32,000 nt of DNA, taken from Breznakia blatticola (GTDB taxonomy: Bacteria; Bacillota_I; Bacilli_A; Erysipelotrichales; Erysipelotrichaceae). Shown piece by piece: positions 1 to 8,726 of this stretch. The position numbers and the translations under genes were made by a program. Location of the stretch: assembly GCF_004365815.1 (NCBI RefSeq), contig NZ_SODD01000024.1:2185-34184 (forward strand). Reading direction: 5' to 3'. The first letter of the stretch is position 1. Each line of letters starts with the position of its first letter. The notes under the pieces were generated by a model. The model did not search any database. It was given only the letters and a program-made list of their open reading frames with translations, and was not told the DNA's origin.

Positions 1-587
1 TCCCAAACATTCAACATGACATCTATGATGTGGTATTAAGTTCTGTACCAATAACTTACAAAATACATGTACCTATCCAATACATCCATTCTATTTTGAC
101 TTCTACAGATTTAGAGCAAATAAAAAATAAACTTACACAAAAATTCCAAGATACGTATTCAACTAAAAACTTATTTCAAAACATTTGGGTCTCATACAAA
201 CCTGTTACAAGTTGGAGCGAAATACCAGAATCAATATCGAAATCAAACATCGATAATGAATCTTCACGAGAAGTTATCAATTTATTAAAATTCAATAATT
301 TCAAAATAACTGTAAAAAATGATATAGCTTTAGTTTTTACAATATCACCTCAAAAAACTGATTCTATATATTATATAACAGCTCAATCTAAGTTTACTTA
401 TGAAAAAAATGTTTTTAAATCAGTGATAATTATTACACATTCATTATCTGAGTTATCAACTTATCAACAAGTTTTGCAATCAATTTTATCCATGATTACA
501 AACAAGGAATCAGCTAAGCTACTTTGTGAAATGGATCAAGCAAAAGTAAAGGACTTTATCACAACATATTTAGGACACACTCAATAA
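1..587 (+). CDS. hypothetical protein, probably 5'-truncated by the window edge
   Basis: The track ORF 30..587 begins at GTG with no Shine-Dalgarno. The same frame stays open back to nt 3, so the real start is probably upstream of the window. Stop TAA at 585-587. No motif recognised. Confidence 0.45.
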   Translation, partial: PNIQHDIYDVVLSSVPITYKIHVPIQYIHSILTSTDLEQIKNKLTQKFQDTYSTKNLFQNIWVSYKPVTSWSEIPESISKSNIDNESSREVINLLKFNNFKITVKNDIALVFTISPQKTDSIYYITAQSKFTYEKNVFKSVIIITHSLSELSTYQQVLQSILSMITNKESAKLLCEMDQAKVKDFITTYLGHTQ

Positions 588-591
588 AAAA

Positions 592-651
592 GCAGACAAT
601 CACTTAAAGTAACTCTGTCTAAATATCAGAATTACAAAGTGATTGTACTGC
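592..651. terminator. possible bidirectional terminator between convergent genes
   Basis: Inverted repeat gcagacaatcac (592-603) / gtgattgtactgc (639-651, one extra base). It is preceded by an A-run (586-591) and followed by ttttt (652-656). The loop is long (35 nt), so this is only moderately convincing. Confidence 0.4.
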
Positions 652-657
652 TTTTTC

Positions 658-1722
658 TTATGCCTTTGCTTTTATCTTTCTTTCGAAATCATAATTAGAT
701 AAGTTGTAACTTAATAAATCTAATTCACTGCAAATACACTCGGAAAACACTTGAAACGGTATAATATCATTTATAATATTCATATCATAATTATCTCCGC
801 CAGTAATATTAAGTGTATTTTTATCTTGAAGACTACAATCGTTAGTAATCAAATAAACGTGGTCTGTTAGACCTTTTGTCGCATTAAATAATTGAATCAT
901 TCTATCATGTGACTCACTGTTATTATCAATAAAAATGATCACATGGTCCTTTCTGATTTCGTACGATGGACCATGTACAAACTCTTCCATCTCATAAGCA
1001 TTAGTAGCTGAACCAATCATTTCATTAAGTTTTAATGCACCTTCTAGAGCTACACCGAATGTACTTCCAATACCAACCAGCATCATTCTTCGACTATTAA
1101 GAATAGATGTCTTGTGACTTTCGAAAAATTTTATGGATTTATCTTTGCTATCAGCCATACAAGAGATTTGCTTCTCAATTTTGCCAATTTCCTGTTTCTT
1201 TTTTTGTTCTTTCCATTGTTGTAACTTGCTAGCACATTCAACTGTAAATTTCATAAGGAAGACACTTGAACATGGATATCCTTTTGCAACATAATAATCA
1301 TCACTTCCACTTCCATATTCAAATACATTGGAACAATATTTTTGAATTGGAGCATCTTTATTCGTTGTCAAAACACATACTTCATGCCCAAGAGACATAG
1401 CTTTTTTCACTGCAGCAATCGTATTTGTACTTCTTCCTGATTGTGACATACAAATAACAAATGCTTGATCATCATATGCATAATCATACATAACATACGT
1501 AACTGACCATACAACTTTTACTTCTACATTGAGCGTATTTTGCATATACCACTTTACAGACATTGCAATATTATAAGACGACCCCGAGGCAACAACAACT
1601 ATCTTCTTGCGTTCTTTTTTTGTATATAAATTTGCAAGTTTCTCTATTCGTTTATCTCTATCTTTTAAAATATCTAGACATAATCCTGGAGCTTTCTCCA
1701 TATAATCAAACATATCTCTCAT
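658..1722 (-). CDS. SIS-domain sugar-phosphate isomerase/deglycase (FrlB/GfrE/AgaS/GlmS-isomerase-like)
   Basis: Two SIS-type motifs: VVVASGSSYN and CMSQSGRSTNT. The track ORF starts at TTG (1749). ATG at 1722 (MRDMFDY) has AAGGAAG 7 nt upstream and lies 19 nt after the stop of the upstream PTS gene. Confidence 0.85.
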   Translation of the reverse strand: MRDMFDYMEKAPGLCLDILKDRDKRIEKLANLYTKKERKKIVVVASGSSYNIAMSVKWYMQNTLNVEVKVVWSVTYVMYDYAYDDQAFVICMSQSGRSTNTIAAVKKAMSLGHEVCVLTTNKDAPIQKYCSNVFEYGSGSDDYYVAKGYPCSSVFLMKFTVECASKLQQWKEQKKKQEIGKIEKQISCMADSKDKSIKFFESHKTSILNSRRMMLVGIGSTFGVALEGALKLNEMIGSATNAYEMEEFVHGPSYEIRKDHVIIFIDNNSESHDRMIQLFNATKGLTDHVYLITNDCSLQDKNTLNITGGDNYDMNIINDIIPFQVFSECICSELDLLSYNLSNYDFERKIKAKA

Positions 1723-1741
1723 ATCTAAACTTCCTTTCAAA

Positions 1742-3352
1742 CTATGCAATAATTCCGATTAAATTGAATACAATTCCAAATGCCAATAACGCAAAAATTA
1801 ATGGAAGAACTTTTACTTCTTTACGCAGTAATTTCGATATTACAAAAATTGAAATTAATGGAAGTAAGTTCGGTAATATTTCATCTAAAATTGCTTGAAC
1901 TTCAACAGTAACGCCATTAGCCATATGGAATACCAATGGTGTAGATATGCTAATCATGTCGCAAGTCATCGCTCCGATTACACACATTCCCAAAATACCA
2001 GCACACAGTGACATTTTTTCAATAATATTACTTTTTGACATCATCTCGAGAACCTTATGTCCCAATTCGTAACCTTTGAATGTTAAAATATATCGCATAA
2101 TCCAGTGTGGTACATTAAACACTAACAAGAATAGAATCGGTCCTAATATGCTTCCTTGCATCGCAAATTGACATCCAATACCAGCAGCAACAGTTTTTAC
2201 GATTCCCCACCAAAAGCTATCACCAATACCAGCTAATGGTCCCATTAATCCAGCTTTAACACTGTTAATACTAGCAGCATCGAAATTTTTATCTTGAGCA
2301 TTTTGCTCTTCCATAGAAGCAGAAATACCCATAATAAATGTTGAAAATTCTGGATTACTATTAAAAAACTCTAAATGACGATTAATCGCATCAGACTGAT
2401 CTTGTGGATCAGAATATATTTTTTCAATTGCAGGTAACATCGCACGACAATAACCAATTGATTGTAATCTAGAATAAATAAACGGTCCCTCTAGTCCAAA
2501 CGACTTAAAGAAAATGCTTTTTAAATCAGATTTAGATAACATTTTCTTAATTTCTGTTACCTCTTGTGGTTCATCATCTAAATCATCAAAATCGATAATA
2601 CCACTTTCTTCTGCTCCTGTGTCTTTATCTTTTGTGAAAAAGAATGCAACTGCAGCAAAAGCAGCACCTAAAATTGCAACTGCCATTGTTGGCATTTGTA
2701 AATATGCAGCACATACGAACCCAATAAAAAAGAATGCTAATGTTTTAGGTGTCATAGTTAAATTAAATAGCATCGCAAATCCAAGTGCGGTAAGTAAGTT
2801 TGTACCAGTTCCAATTGCATTCATAACATCTTCTGGAATAGAGTTAGCAATATTTGCAACTGCTTCTGCTCCAACCAATAAACTAATAAATACAGTTAAG
2901 AACATAAACACACAACTTAATCCAAAAATAATCCAAAATGATCGATACACTTGCTTAGGTGTATTCTTTTCGGGATTATCAAATAACAACCTAGCTGCAA
3001 CTAAATCATAACCAGTTGTAGCTAAGTGCTCTAATAATCTAAATACAATCCCAACAGGTATTGCTAAAGCAACTGCAGCTTCAGTACTTAATCCCCCTGA
3101 AATCGCAAACCCTGCTCCTAACACTCCCGCTATTGTTATGTTTATTGGAATTGATATACCAATTCCCATCATCCCCATAGTGGCTAGTTCCAATGTACCA
3201 CCAATAATAATACCTTTGCTTAAATCACCCAATACAAGACCAACCAGTGTACACATCACAAGTGGTCGTGTTGACTTATTAATTCCATCAACATATTCAC
3301 ACCATCCAAAGACAGCGATTAAACCTAAAAGTATTTGTTGAACAATATTCAT
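1742..3352 (-). CDS. PTS mannose/fructose/sorbose-family fused IIC-IID membrane component
   Basis: The N-terminal ~240 aa is hydrophobic and IIC-like, parallel to the separate IIC at 9559..10341. An acidic linker (DFDDLDDEPQE) follows. The C-terminal ~265 aa is IID-like (MLSKSDLKSIFFKSF..., HLEFFNSNPE, GPLAGIGDSFWWG), parallel to the IID at 8727..9575. ATG is preceded by GAGGGGG. Confidence 0.85.
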   Translation of the reverse strand: MNIVQQILLGLIAVFGWCEYVDGINKSTRPLVMCTLVGLVLGDLSKGIIIGGTLELATMGMMGIGISIPINITIAGVLGAGFAISGGLSTEAAVALAIPVGIVFRLLEHLATTGYDLVAARLLFDNPEKNTPKQVYRSFWIIFGLSCVFMFLTVFISLLVGAEAVANIANSIPEDVMNAIGTGTNLLTALGFAMLFNLTMTPKTLAFFFIGFVCAAYLQMPTMAVAILGAAFAAVAFFFTKDKDTGAEESGIIDFDDLDDEPQEVTEIKKMLSKSDLKSIFFKSFGLEGPFIYSRLQSIGYCRAMLPAIEKIYSDPQDQSDAINRHLEFFNSNPEFSTFIMGISASMEEQNAQDKNFDAASINSVKAGLMGPLAGIGDSFWWGIVKTVAAGIGCQFAMQGSILGPILFLLVFNVPHWIMRYILTFKGYELGHKVLEMMSKSNIIEKMSLCAGILGMCVIGAMTCDMISISTPLVFHMANGVTVEVQAILDEILPNLLPLISIFVISKLLRKEVKVLPLIFALLAFGIVFNLIGIIA

Positions 3353-3366
3353 ATATACCCCCTCGT

Positions 3367-3840
3367 CTACTTAATTAAGTCTTTAATATCTTGTTTATTA
3401 TCTGAAGGCATTTGACGCGCTTCGATTTCGTATCCTTTATCTAAAATCTCACGACAAATATCCACATCTTTTTCAGTTAACGTTATCGCATTTGTGTATC
3501 TAGTGCTTCCTTCTCGCTCACGTAAACCACCTAGATTTAAACTATGTAATTCATCAACATTCATTATTAACTCTTTGGCATCTTCCAAATTATTTACAAT
3601 TATCAACGATGAATACTTTTTCGCTTTATCCGTTTTTAGTATTTCAACAGCCTTTTTCACCTCAACTATTGTAAGATTAACATTTTGTGGTTTTGCCAAA
3701 CCTAATGTCATTTTTGTAAATTCATCATGTGCTATCTTATCATTTGCTACAATTATTAAATTCACTTTCAAACTCTTTGTCCAAGCGAAAGCTACTTGAC
3801 CATGAAGTAATCGATCATCAACTCGTAATAGCTTAATCAT
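3367..3840 (-). CDS. PTS mannose-family IIB component
   Basis: N-terminus MIKLLRVDDRLLHGQV carries the phospho-His motif of EIIB-Man. GAGGAG RBS. The start overlaps the IIA stop by 8 nt. Confidence 0.9.
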   Translation of the reverse strand: MIKLLRVDDRLLHGQVAFAWTKSLKVNLIIVANDKIAHDEFTKMTLGLAKPQNVNLTIVEVKKAVEILKTDKAKKYSSLIIVNNLEDAKELIMNVDELHSLNLGGLREREGSTRYTNAITLTEKDVDICREILDKGYEIEARQMPSDNKQDIKDLIK

Positions 3841-4228
3841 TATACTCTCCTCTCGCTAACATATTTACATAAACCATTTGTTCTCTAGCTTGTACTATTT
3901 TTTCATTGAGAAAAGTTGTATCCATTTCTTCGTCATAAAATAGCATTTCTAATACAAATGGCAAATTGAATCCAGAAATTATGTGAACATTTTCATTCAT
4001 ATATCTCATAATTTCACGATTAACACTTCCTGCCAATAGATCCGTAAAGACAATAATTTCATTATCAACTTGACTAGAAAAATACTTCTTCACTTCATCA
4101 ATTATTGAATCAGAATTGACATATGCATCAATTATGTCGATATCATTTCTATCTCCTGCTAATAAGCGGATTGTTGATAACATACCTGATGCCATTTCTC
4201 CATGAGTTGCAATTAAATATCTTCTCAT
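3833..4228 (-). CDS. PTS mannose-family IIA component
   Basis: MRRYLIATHGEMASG is the EIIA-Man N-terminal His motif. The TDLLAGSVN and GFNLPFVLE motifs are also present. AAGGAG RBS. Confidence 0.85.
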   Translation of the reverse strand: MRRYLIATHGEMASGMLSTIRLLAGDRNDIDIIDAYVNSDSIIDEVKKYFSSQVDNEIIVFTDLLAGSVNREIMRYMNENVHIISGFNLPFVLEMLFYDEEMDTTFLNEKIVQAREQMVYVNMLARGEYND

Positions 4229-4248
4229 ATACTCTCCTTTCTAATTAC

Positions 4249-4277
4249 ATTATATTTTTCCGCATCCTTTCTAACAA
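4249..4277 (-). promoter_or_regulatory. candidate sigma-A promoter of the IIA-IIB-IICD-SIS operon
   Basis: Read on the minus strand: TTGTTA (4277-4272), 17-nt spacer, TATAAT (4254-4249), about 20 nt before the ATG at 4228. The spacer contains one TGCGGAAAAA repeat copy. Confidence 0.5.
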
Positions 4278-4360
4278 GACGACCTTTTTCCGATTATCTG
4301 CGGAAATTTTCCTCTAACTACACACTCATTACAATACTTTTCCTCATGTATGCGGAAATT
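4255..4360. repeat. four copies of a (T)GCGGAAA / TTTCCG(CA) motif, a candidate operator set
   Basis: Plus-strand copies: tttttccgca 4255-4264, tttttccga 4285-4293, tgcggaaatttt 4299-4310, tgcggaaatt 4351-4360. Two orientations are present, and one copy lies inside the promoter spacer. Confidence 0.5.
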
Positions 4361-4466
4361 AATAAAGATTAGTATCAATTTTCTTTCTAATAAATACTTC
4401 TGACATTGAATATGTATTGTATGCTACAAATTCGTATTATTAACATGATAAATAAAATACATGATT

Positions 4467-4513
4467 TTAAAAAAAACGACACTATCTTGAATTTTCCAAG
4501 TACTGAGTCGTTT
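4467..4513 (-). terminator. candidate rho-independent terminator after the GntR pair
   Basis: On the minus strand: aaacgac ... (inner cttg/caag stem) ... gtcgttt, followed by T8 (plus-strand A-run 4467-4474). It lies 24 nt after the stop at 4537. Confidence 0.55.
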
Positions 4514-4536
4514 ATCTTTAATATATACAATTGTAT

Positions 4537-5259
4537 TTAACGTATTGCTTCGTATGTAAACACAGCTTTGTCACATCGCAAATAACTTTCTGTGTATTCT
4601 ACTATGTGTCCTTCACTATCTTGACCAATGTATTCAAAATAGTAAAGTGGATCATTTATTTTAATTCCCATTTGTTTAGCTAGTTTTTCATCTGCTTCAA
4701 TGATAATAAGACGTTGTTTAAACTTTTGTGGGAATCTTCCTTTTCTTGCCATATAGTCATAAATAGATACATCTTCAAAGTTGTAATCATCTACATCTTC
4801 GAAGTATTTAAATGGCATATAACAATATTCCATGGCAAATGGTGCATCATTGGCACAACGAAGACGGTGAATTAAATATACATCTTCATATTTTGCTAGT
4901 TCCATTTTAGAACCTAAATAATTAAAAGCTTTTAACATTCCTTTTTCAAGAACGATATCTCTTGTTTGTGCTCCTTGTTCGCGAAGTAATGCACTAATAC
5001 CATATGCATCTTCTCCACCAAGAATTAGACGTTGTGAGTTCTTTCTTTGCACAAATGTACCTTTTCCATGAATTCGAAATAAGTATCCTTCTTCTACCAA
5101 AGATTCAATGGCCTTTTTTACCGTCATTCGATTTACTTGATACATTTCAGCAAGCTTTCTTTCACTAGGAATCGCTTCTCCAGGTAAGTATTCTTGATTA
5201 TTAATTTTCTTAATAATCGCATCCTTGATTTGGATATAAATCGGCATCCGATAATCCAT
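4537..5259 (-). CDS. GntR/HutC-family transcriptional regulator (winged HTH plus UTRA-like effector domain)
   Basis: Motif LPGEAIPSERKLAEMYQVNRMTVKKAIESLVEEGYLFRIHGKGTFV. The likely start is ATG 5259 (MDYRMPIY), with AAAGGAAG upstream and 1 nt after the stop of the preceding GntR gene. The track start at 5292 would overlap that gene. Confidence 0.85.
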   Translation of the reverse strand: MDYRMPIYIQIKDAIIKKINNQEYLPGEAIPSERKLAEMYQVNRMTVKKAIESLVEEGYLFRIHGKGTFVQRKNSQRLILGGEDAYGISALLREQGAQTRDIVLEKGMLKAFNYLGSKMELAKYEDVYLIHRLRCANDAPFAMEYCYMPFKYFEDVDDYNFEDVSIYDYMARKGRFPQKFKQRLIIIEADEKLAKQMGIKINDPLYYFEYIGQDSEGHIVEYTESYLRCDKAVFTYEAIR

Positions 5260-5260
5260 A

Positions 5261-5992
5261 CTAATTTCTTCCTTTCTTTGGTAACAAATCATTATTTACA
5301 AACACAAAACGATCCATAAGCATATACGCTTCAATGTACTCGATTGGTTCTTTTTCTTTTGACATAACGAGTCCTTGTTGTTTTACAAGTTTTTGTCCTA
5401 CTGGTATAGATAGAGCTTTTGCAGTATATTCATCACTTTCTACGACAATAATTTCTTGTTCTGAAAATGCGATATTGTTTAAATAATCATCTTCCAATAC
5501 ATCATATAAAGAATTATTCTCTAAATCTTTTTTATCTAGATCTGGTGCTACATCATATGGAACAGCAGAAGCTTCCAATGAGATTTTTTCATCATCAACA
5601 TAGCGAATTCTCTCAATTGCATAGTATTTTGTTCCAATTGGTAGTTTAAGTTTAATTGATAGTTCTTTACCTACTTCTTTGCGTGAGATGGAAAGCAACT
5701 TCAATCGTTGTTTCTTACCCATTTCTGCAACTGTTTGCGATGTTGAAGAAATGCGGTATACATTCTTTTCAATACGTCTAGGCGCAACAAAATACCCACT
5801 TCTTTCTTTAGCGCAAATCCAACCTTCTTGAAGTAGCAGTTTTAATCCCGTTCGAACGGTTCCTCGTTGAACTTCAAACTTCTCTGCTAACTCTCTTTCA
5901 CTTGGAAGTTTCTCACCCTCTAGAAGTGGAGTGTTTTCAATCATATATTTGATTTCATTGCAGACAATAATGTCTAATGTTAATAATTTCAT
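5261..5992 (-). CDS. GntR/HutC-family transcriptional regulator (second paralogue)
   Basis: Motif LEGEKLPSERELAEKFEVQRGTVRTGLKLLLQEGWICAKERSGYFV. AAAGAGG RBS. Confidence 0.85.
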   Translation of the reverse strand: MKLLTLDIIVCNEIKYMIENTPLLEGEKLPSERELAEKFEVQRGTVRTGLKLLLQEGWICAKERSGYFVAPRRIEKNVYRISSTSQTVAEMGKKQRLKLLSISRKEVGKELSIKLKLPIGTKYYAIERIRYVDDEKISLEASAVPYDVAPDLDKKDLENNSLYDVLEDDYLNNIAFSEQEIIVVESDEYTAKALSIPVGQKLVKQQGLVMSKEKEPIEYIEAYMLMDRFVFVNNDLLPKKGRN

Positions 5993-6014
5993 GGTACAAC
6001 CTCTTTACGGTTTC

Positions 6015-6023
6015 ATTATACCA
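6015..6023 (-). promoter_or_regulatory. extended -10 element (TGGTATAAT) upstream of the GntR pair
   Basis: Minus-strand catgTGgTATAATgaaacc sits 22 nt before the ATG at 5992. No good -35 was found. Confidence 0.45.
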
Positions 6024-6086
6024 CATGAATTCAAAAAGCAAATGATAACAAATTAATTTTATCTAAATTACGATATGTAATAATAT

Positions 6087-6119
6087 AAGAAAAAGCAAAG
6101 AAAGAATTTCCCTCTTCGC
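6087..6119 (-). terminator. candidate rho-independent terminator after the GNAT gene
   Basis: Minus-strand gcgaaga-(11 nt)-tctttgc (one G-U pair) followed by tttttctt. It begins 8 nt after the stop at 6127. Confidence 0.55.
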
Positions 6120-6126
6120 TATGTAT

Positions 6127-6567
6127 CTAATACTTTTCCATTACGATATATTCAGTTCGTTTATATCCCAACTTTTCATAGAAGGCTAATGCTTTTTCAT
6201 TGCGTGGGTTTACTTCTAAAGTGAATGTATAATCATCAATATCATAGTTTGCTTCTAACCATTGAAAGAACTTTCTTCCACAGTTTTGACCACGCATTTG
6301 TGGGCAAATATAGAGTTCATCTATTAAGATGGTAATACTTTCATTTCCATTACTCCAAAAGAACCCTAAAAGTGCATAACCGACAATTTGTTGATCCATT
6401 TCTAGAATAAGTCCTCTTACGTACGGAGAGTTTTTCATCACCATTTTAAAGGTTGCTTCATACTGTTCAATTGAACCTTCTTCCAATGTTGCAAACCCAC
6501 TATAAAAGTCTTTTGACATCTCGTAATATATTTCTTTATCTTGTTGTGTAAAATCACGTATATTCAT
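6127..6567 (-). CDS. GNAT-family N-acetyltransferase
   Basis: 146 aa. Acetyl-CoA binding-type motif ICPQMRGQNCGRKFF, C-terminal ALAFYEKLGY. AAGGAG RBS. Confidence 0.8.
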   Translation of the reverse strand: MNIRDFTQQDKEIYYEMSKDFYSGFATLEEGSIEQYEATFKMVMKNSPYVRGLILEMDQQIVGYALLGFFWSNGNESITILIDELYICPQMRGQNCGRKFFQWLEANYDIDDYTFTLEVNPRNEKALAFYEKLGYKRTEYIVMEKY

Positions 6568-6652
6568 CGTTTATCTCCTTTCTTCATGATGTATATAGAA
6601 GAAACGCTAACGATGAAACTCGTCATTGGCATGTAGAATCAGTCGACTATGC

Positions 6653-8035
6653 TCATCCACAGTTTCCCTCCTCTTTTAAGGTGATGTTTTTTACCCAATT
6701 TTCTTTATGATAAAAATGAGTTGCAATAAATACCTTGAGTATATTGACACCTTCGACACATGCGAATACCCAGATTAAATCCAAGTGCAACACACGTGTT
6801 GTTAGTATACTAAGAAATGTTGGACCAAAGACAATAAACAAGCCATCTATCGCAAGAACTGAGTTTGTATCTCCTCCTGCACGTAAGATATAATAGCAAG
6901 TTTCTGCATACCCTTGTGTCCACATGACCATTGCTTTAATGATAAGTAGAATAATTGCCATCTTCGTATTCTGTGTTCCTAAAGAGAACGCTTTTGGAAT
7001 AACTGGAGTTAGTGCAAGTACAAGTACACTACCAACAACGTAAATAGCTAGCCCAATCTTAATTAAACGCATGGAATCTTTTCTTGCTTGTTCCATCTCA
7101 TTGGCACCTAAATCATTGCCGACAATTGCTCCAGTTGCTGCTGCACATCCAGCAAAAGCTACATAAACCAGACTCGATACATTGTCCACTACTGTAAGTG
7201 CTGGTATAAAAGCTTCGTTTACATAGCAGTAATTCATAAATACAACACTTAAACCAACGGACCAGATAATTTCATTGAAAATTAAGGGAATGGTATTTTT
7301 AATAATATTGTATTTTGATTCACTTTGCATTTTGCCAACCGATTTACCTAAGTGTAAAGTTGCGTTTCTTTGGAATAATAAGATTACTAAAAATCCTAAC
7401 TCTAAGAATCGTGAGATCATCGTTGCTAGTGCTGCACCTTGTACACTTAATGGCGCAAAACCAAAATGTCCAAAGATTAATACATAGTTAAGTACAACAT
7501 TACTTACAAAGGCAATTGCTCCACTTACCATTGGAATTTTCGGTAAACCAATTACACGATATGCAACTGCAATCATCATAGTCAATGCAAAAGGTATATA
7601 CGAATATCTAACAACTTCCAAATACTCCAATGCAAGTTGGATTGTACTTTGCTTACTTACAAAGAACGTAATTACACTTTCAGGAAAGATACATAAATAG
7701 ATCGTTGATATACACCCTACCCAAAAACATGCACGCAAACCAAAACGGAATGTTTGATGATATGCATTATGATTTTTTGCCCCAAAATATTGTGCAATAT
7801 AAATACCAACACCATTAGCTAGACCAAAGACAGCTAGATTAAAAATAAAGAAAAACTTATTGGCGACCGTTACTGCACTTATCGCCTCTTCACTAATTCC
7901 ACCAATCATGAGTGTATCTGCAATACTTAGTAAATTGACTAACAGTTGTTGAATAACCACAGGTAAAGCTAAATATAAGACCCGTTTTAGAAACGGTTTA
8001 CTGATTTTTGTGTGTCTCATTTTATATGTAGACAT
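6653..8035 (-). CDS. MATE-family efflux transporter
   Basis: 460 aa, roughly 12 hydrophobic segments. N-terminal LALPVVIQQLLVNLLSIADTLMIGGISEEAISAV is typical of MatE/NorM-like proteins. GGAGG RBS. Confidence 0.8.
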   Translation of the reverse strand: MSTYKMRHTKISKPFLKRVLYLALPVVIQQLLVNLLSIADTLMIGGISEEAISAVTVANKFFFIFNLAVFGLANGVGIYIAQYFGAKNHNAYHQTFRFGLRACFWVGCISTIYLCIFPESVITFFVSKQSTIQLALEYLEVVRYSYIPFALTMMIAVAYRVIGLPKIPMVSGAIAFVSNVVLNYVLIFGHFGFAPLSVQGAALATMISRFLELGFLVILLFQRNATLHLGKSVGKMQSESKYNIIKNTIPLIFNEIIWSVGLSVVFMNYCYVNEAFIPALTVVDNVSSLVYVAFAGCAAATGAIVGNDLGANEMEQARKDSMRLIKIGLAIYVVGSVLVLALTPVIPKAFSLGTQNTKMAIILLIIKAMVMWTQGYAETCYYILRAGGDTNSVLAIDGLFIVFGPTFLSILTTRVLHLDLIWVFACVEGVNILKVFIATHFYHKENWVKNITLKEEGNCG

Positions 8036-8049
8036 GCATTCCTCCTTTC

Positions 8050-8077
8050 AAAAAACCGGCATGCTCATGCATGCCAG
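8050..8077 (-). terminator. strong rho-independent terminator between the DeoC-like gene and the MATE gene
   Basis: Minus-strand ctggcatgc-atga-gcatgccgg followed by tttttt. It is the most GC-rich hairpin in the region and directly abuts the MATE RBS (gaaaggagg). Confidence 0.75.
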
Positions 8078-8083
8078 TTTTGA

Positions 8084-8722
8084 TTATTTTTCGCCCTCAA
8101 TGATAGCGATGGCAGCACTTGCGCCTAAGGCATTTGCTCCAACTTCTACAAAAGATTTTGCATCTTGGTATGTTCTAATACCACCGGCTGCTTTAATCTG
8201 TATTTGATTGTCTAAGGTCTTTCTCATCAACTTCACATCTTCAAGTGTTGCACCACCAAAACTGCGCCCTGTCGATGTCTTTAAAAAGACAGGTTTTGCA
8301 ATATTGGCTAATTGGCAAACTTTTTCTTTGGAAGTTTCATCCAACTTACACATTTCAACAATTGCTTTATCCACAATGTTGTGTTGTTTACAGAAATAAG
8401 CAACTTGAACCAATTCATCAAGAATGGCATCAAAATTACGATTCTCAATGTTTTCTTGGTTTAATACATAATCAATTTCTTTATATCCTAAAGTAGCGTA
8501 CCGTTTGAATTCGTTTAACTTTTCATCCAAGGTCATCTTTCCTTCAGGAAAATCAATTGCTCCAGCAATGATAATATCGCTATCTTGTAAAAACGTTCTT
8601 GTTTGTTCTAATTGATCTTCTTCGGCAAAGATACAACGAACATTGTACGTTTTTGCTTTTTCTAAATACGTTTGATACGTATCGTTTGGATCTTGTATAT
8701 AATCGATATACTTGTTAATCAT
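8084..8722 (-). CDS. deoxyribose-phosphate aldolase (DeoC)-family class I aldolase
   Basis: FLKTSTGRSFGGAT (Schiff-base Lys motif) and IKAAGGIRT. 212 aa. Confidence 0.8.
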   Translation of the reverse strand: MINKYIDYIQDPNDTYQTYLEKAKTYNVRCIFAEEDQLEQTRTFLQDSDIIIAGAIDFPEGKMTLDEKLNEFKRYATLGYKEIDYVLNQENIENRNFDAILDELVQVAYFCKQHNIVDKAIVEMCKLDETSKEKVCQLANIAKPVFLKTSTGRSFGGATLEDVKLMRKTLDNQIQIKAAGGIRTYQDAKSFVEVGANALGASAAIAIIEGEK

Positions 8723-8726
8723 GATT

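Noticed and set aside
2514-3341. Plus-strand ORFs 2514..3011 (165 aa) and 3138..3341 (67 aa), antisense to the fused IIC-IID gene. Similar antisense ORFs occur at 3494..3799, 8836..9105, 9962..10147, 10556..10810, 13420..13722 and 23433..23663.
   Set aside because: Each lies entirely inside a longer opposite-strand ORF that carries clear family motifs. Their translations are low-complexity with no RBS, as expected for shadow ORFs opposite biased coding sequence.
4229-4536. A sigma-54 (-24/-12, TGGCAC-N5-TTGCA) promoter and LevR-type control, as is common for mannose-family PTS operons. The regions 13809-14018 and 15084-15334 were also checked.
   Set aside because: No such motif was found on the minus strand in these regions, and no sigma-54 activator gene is present. 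Sigma-A-like promoters are visible instead.
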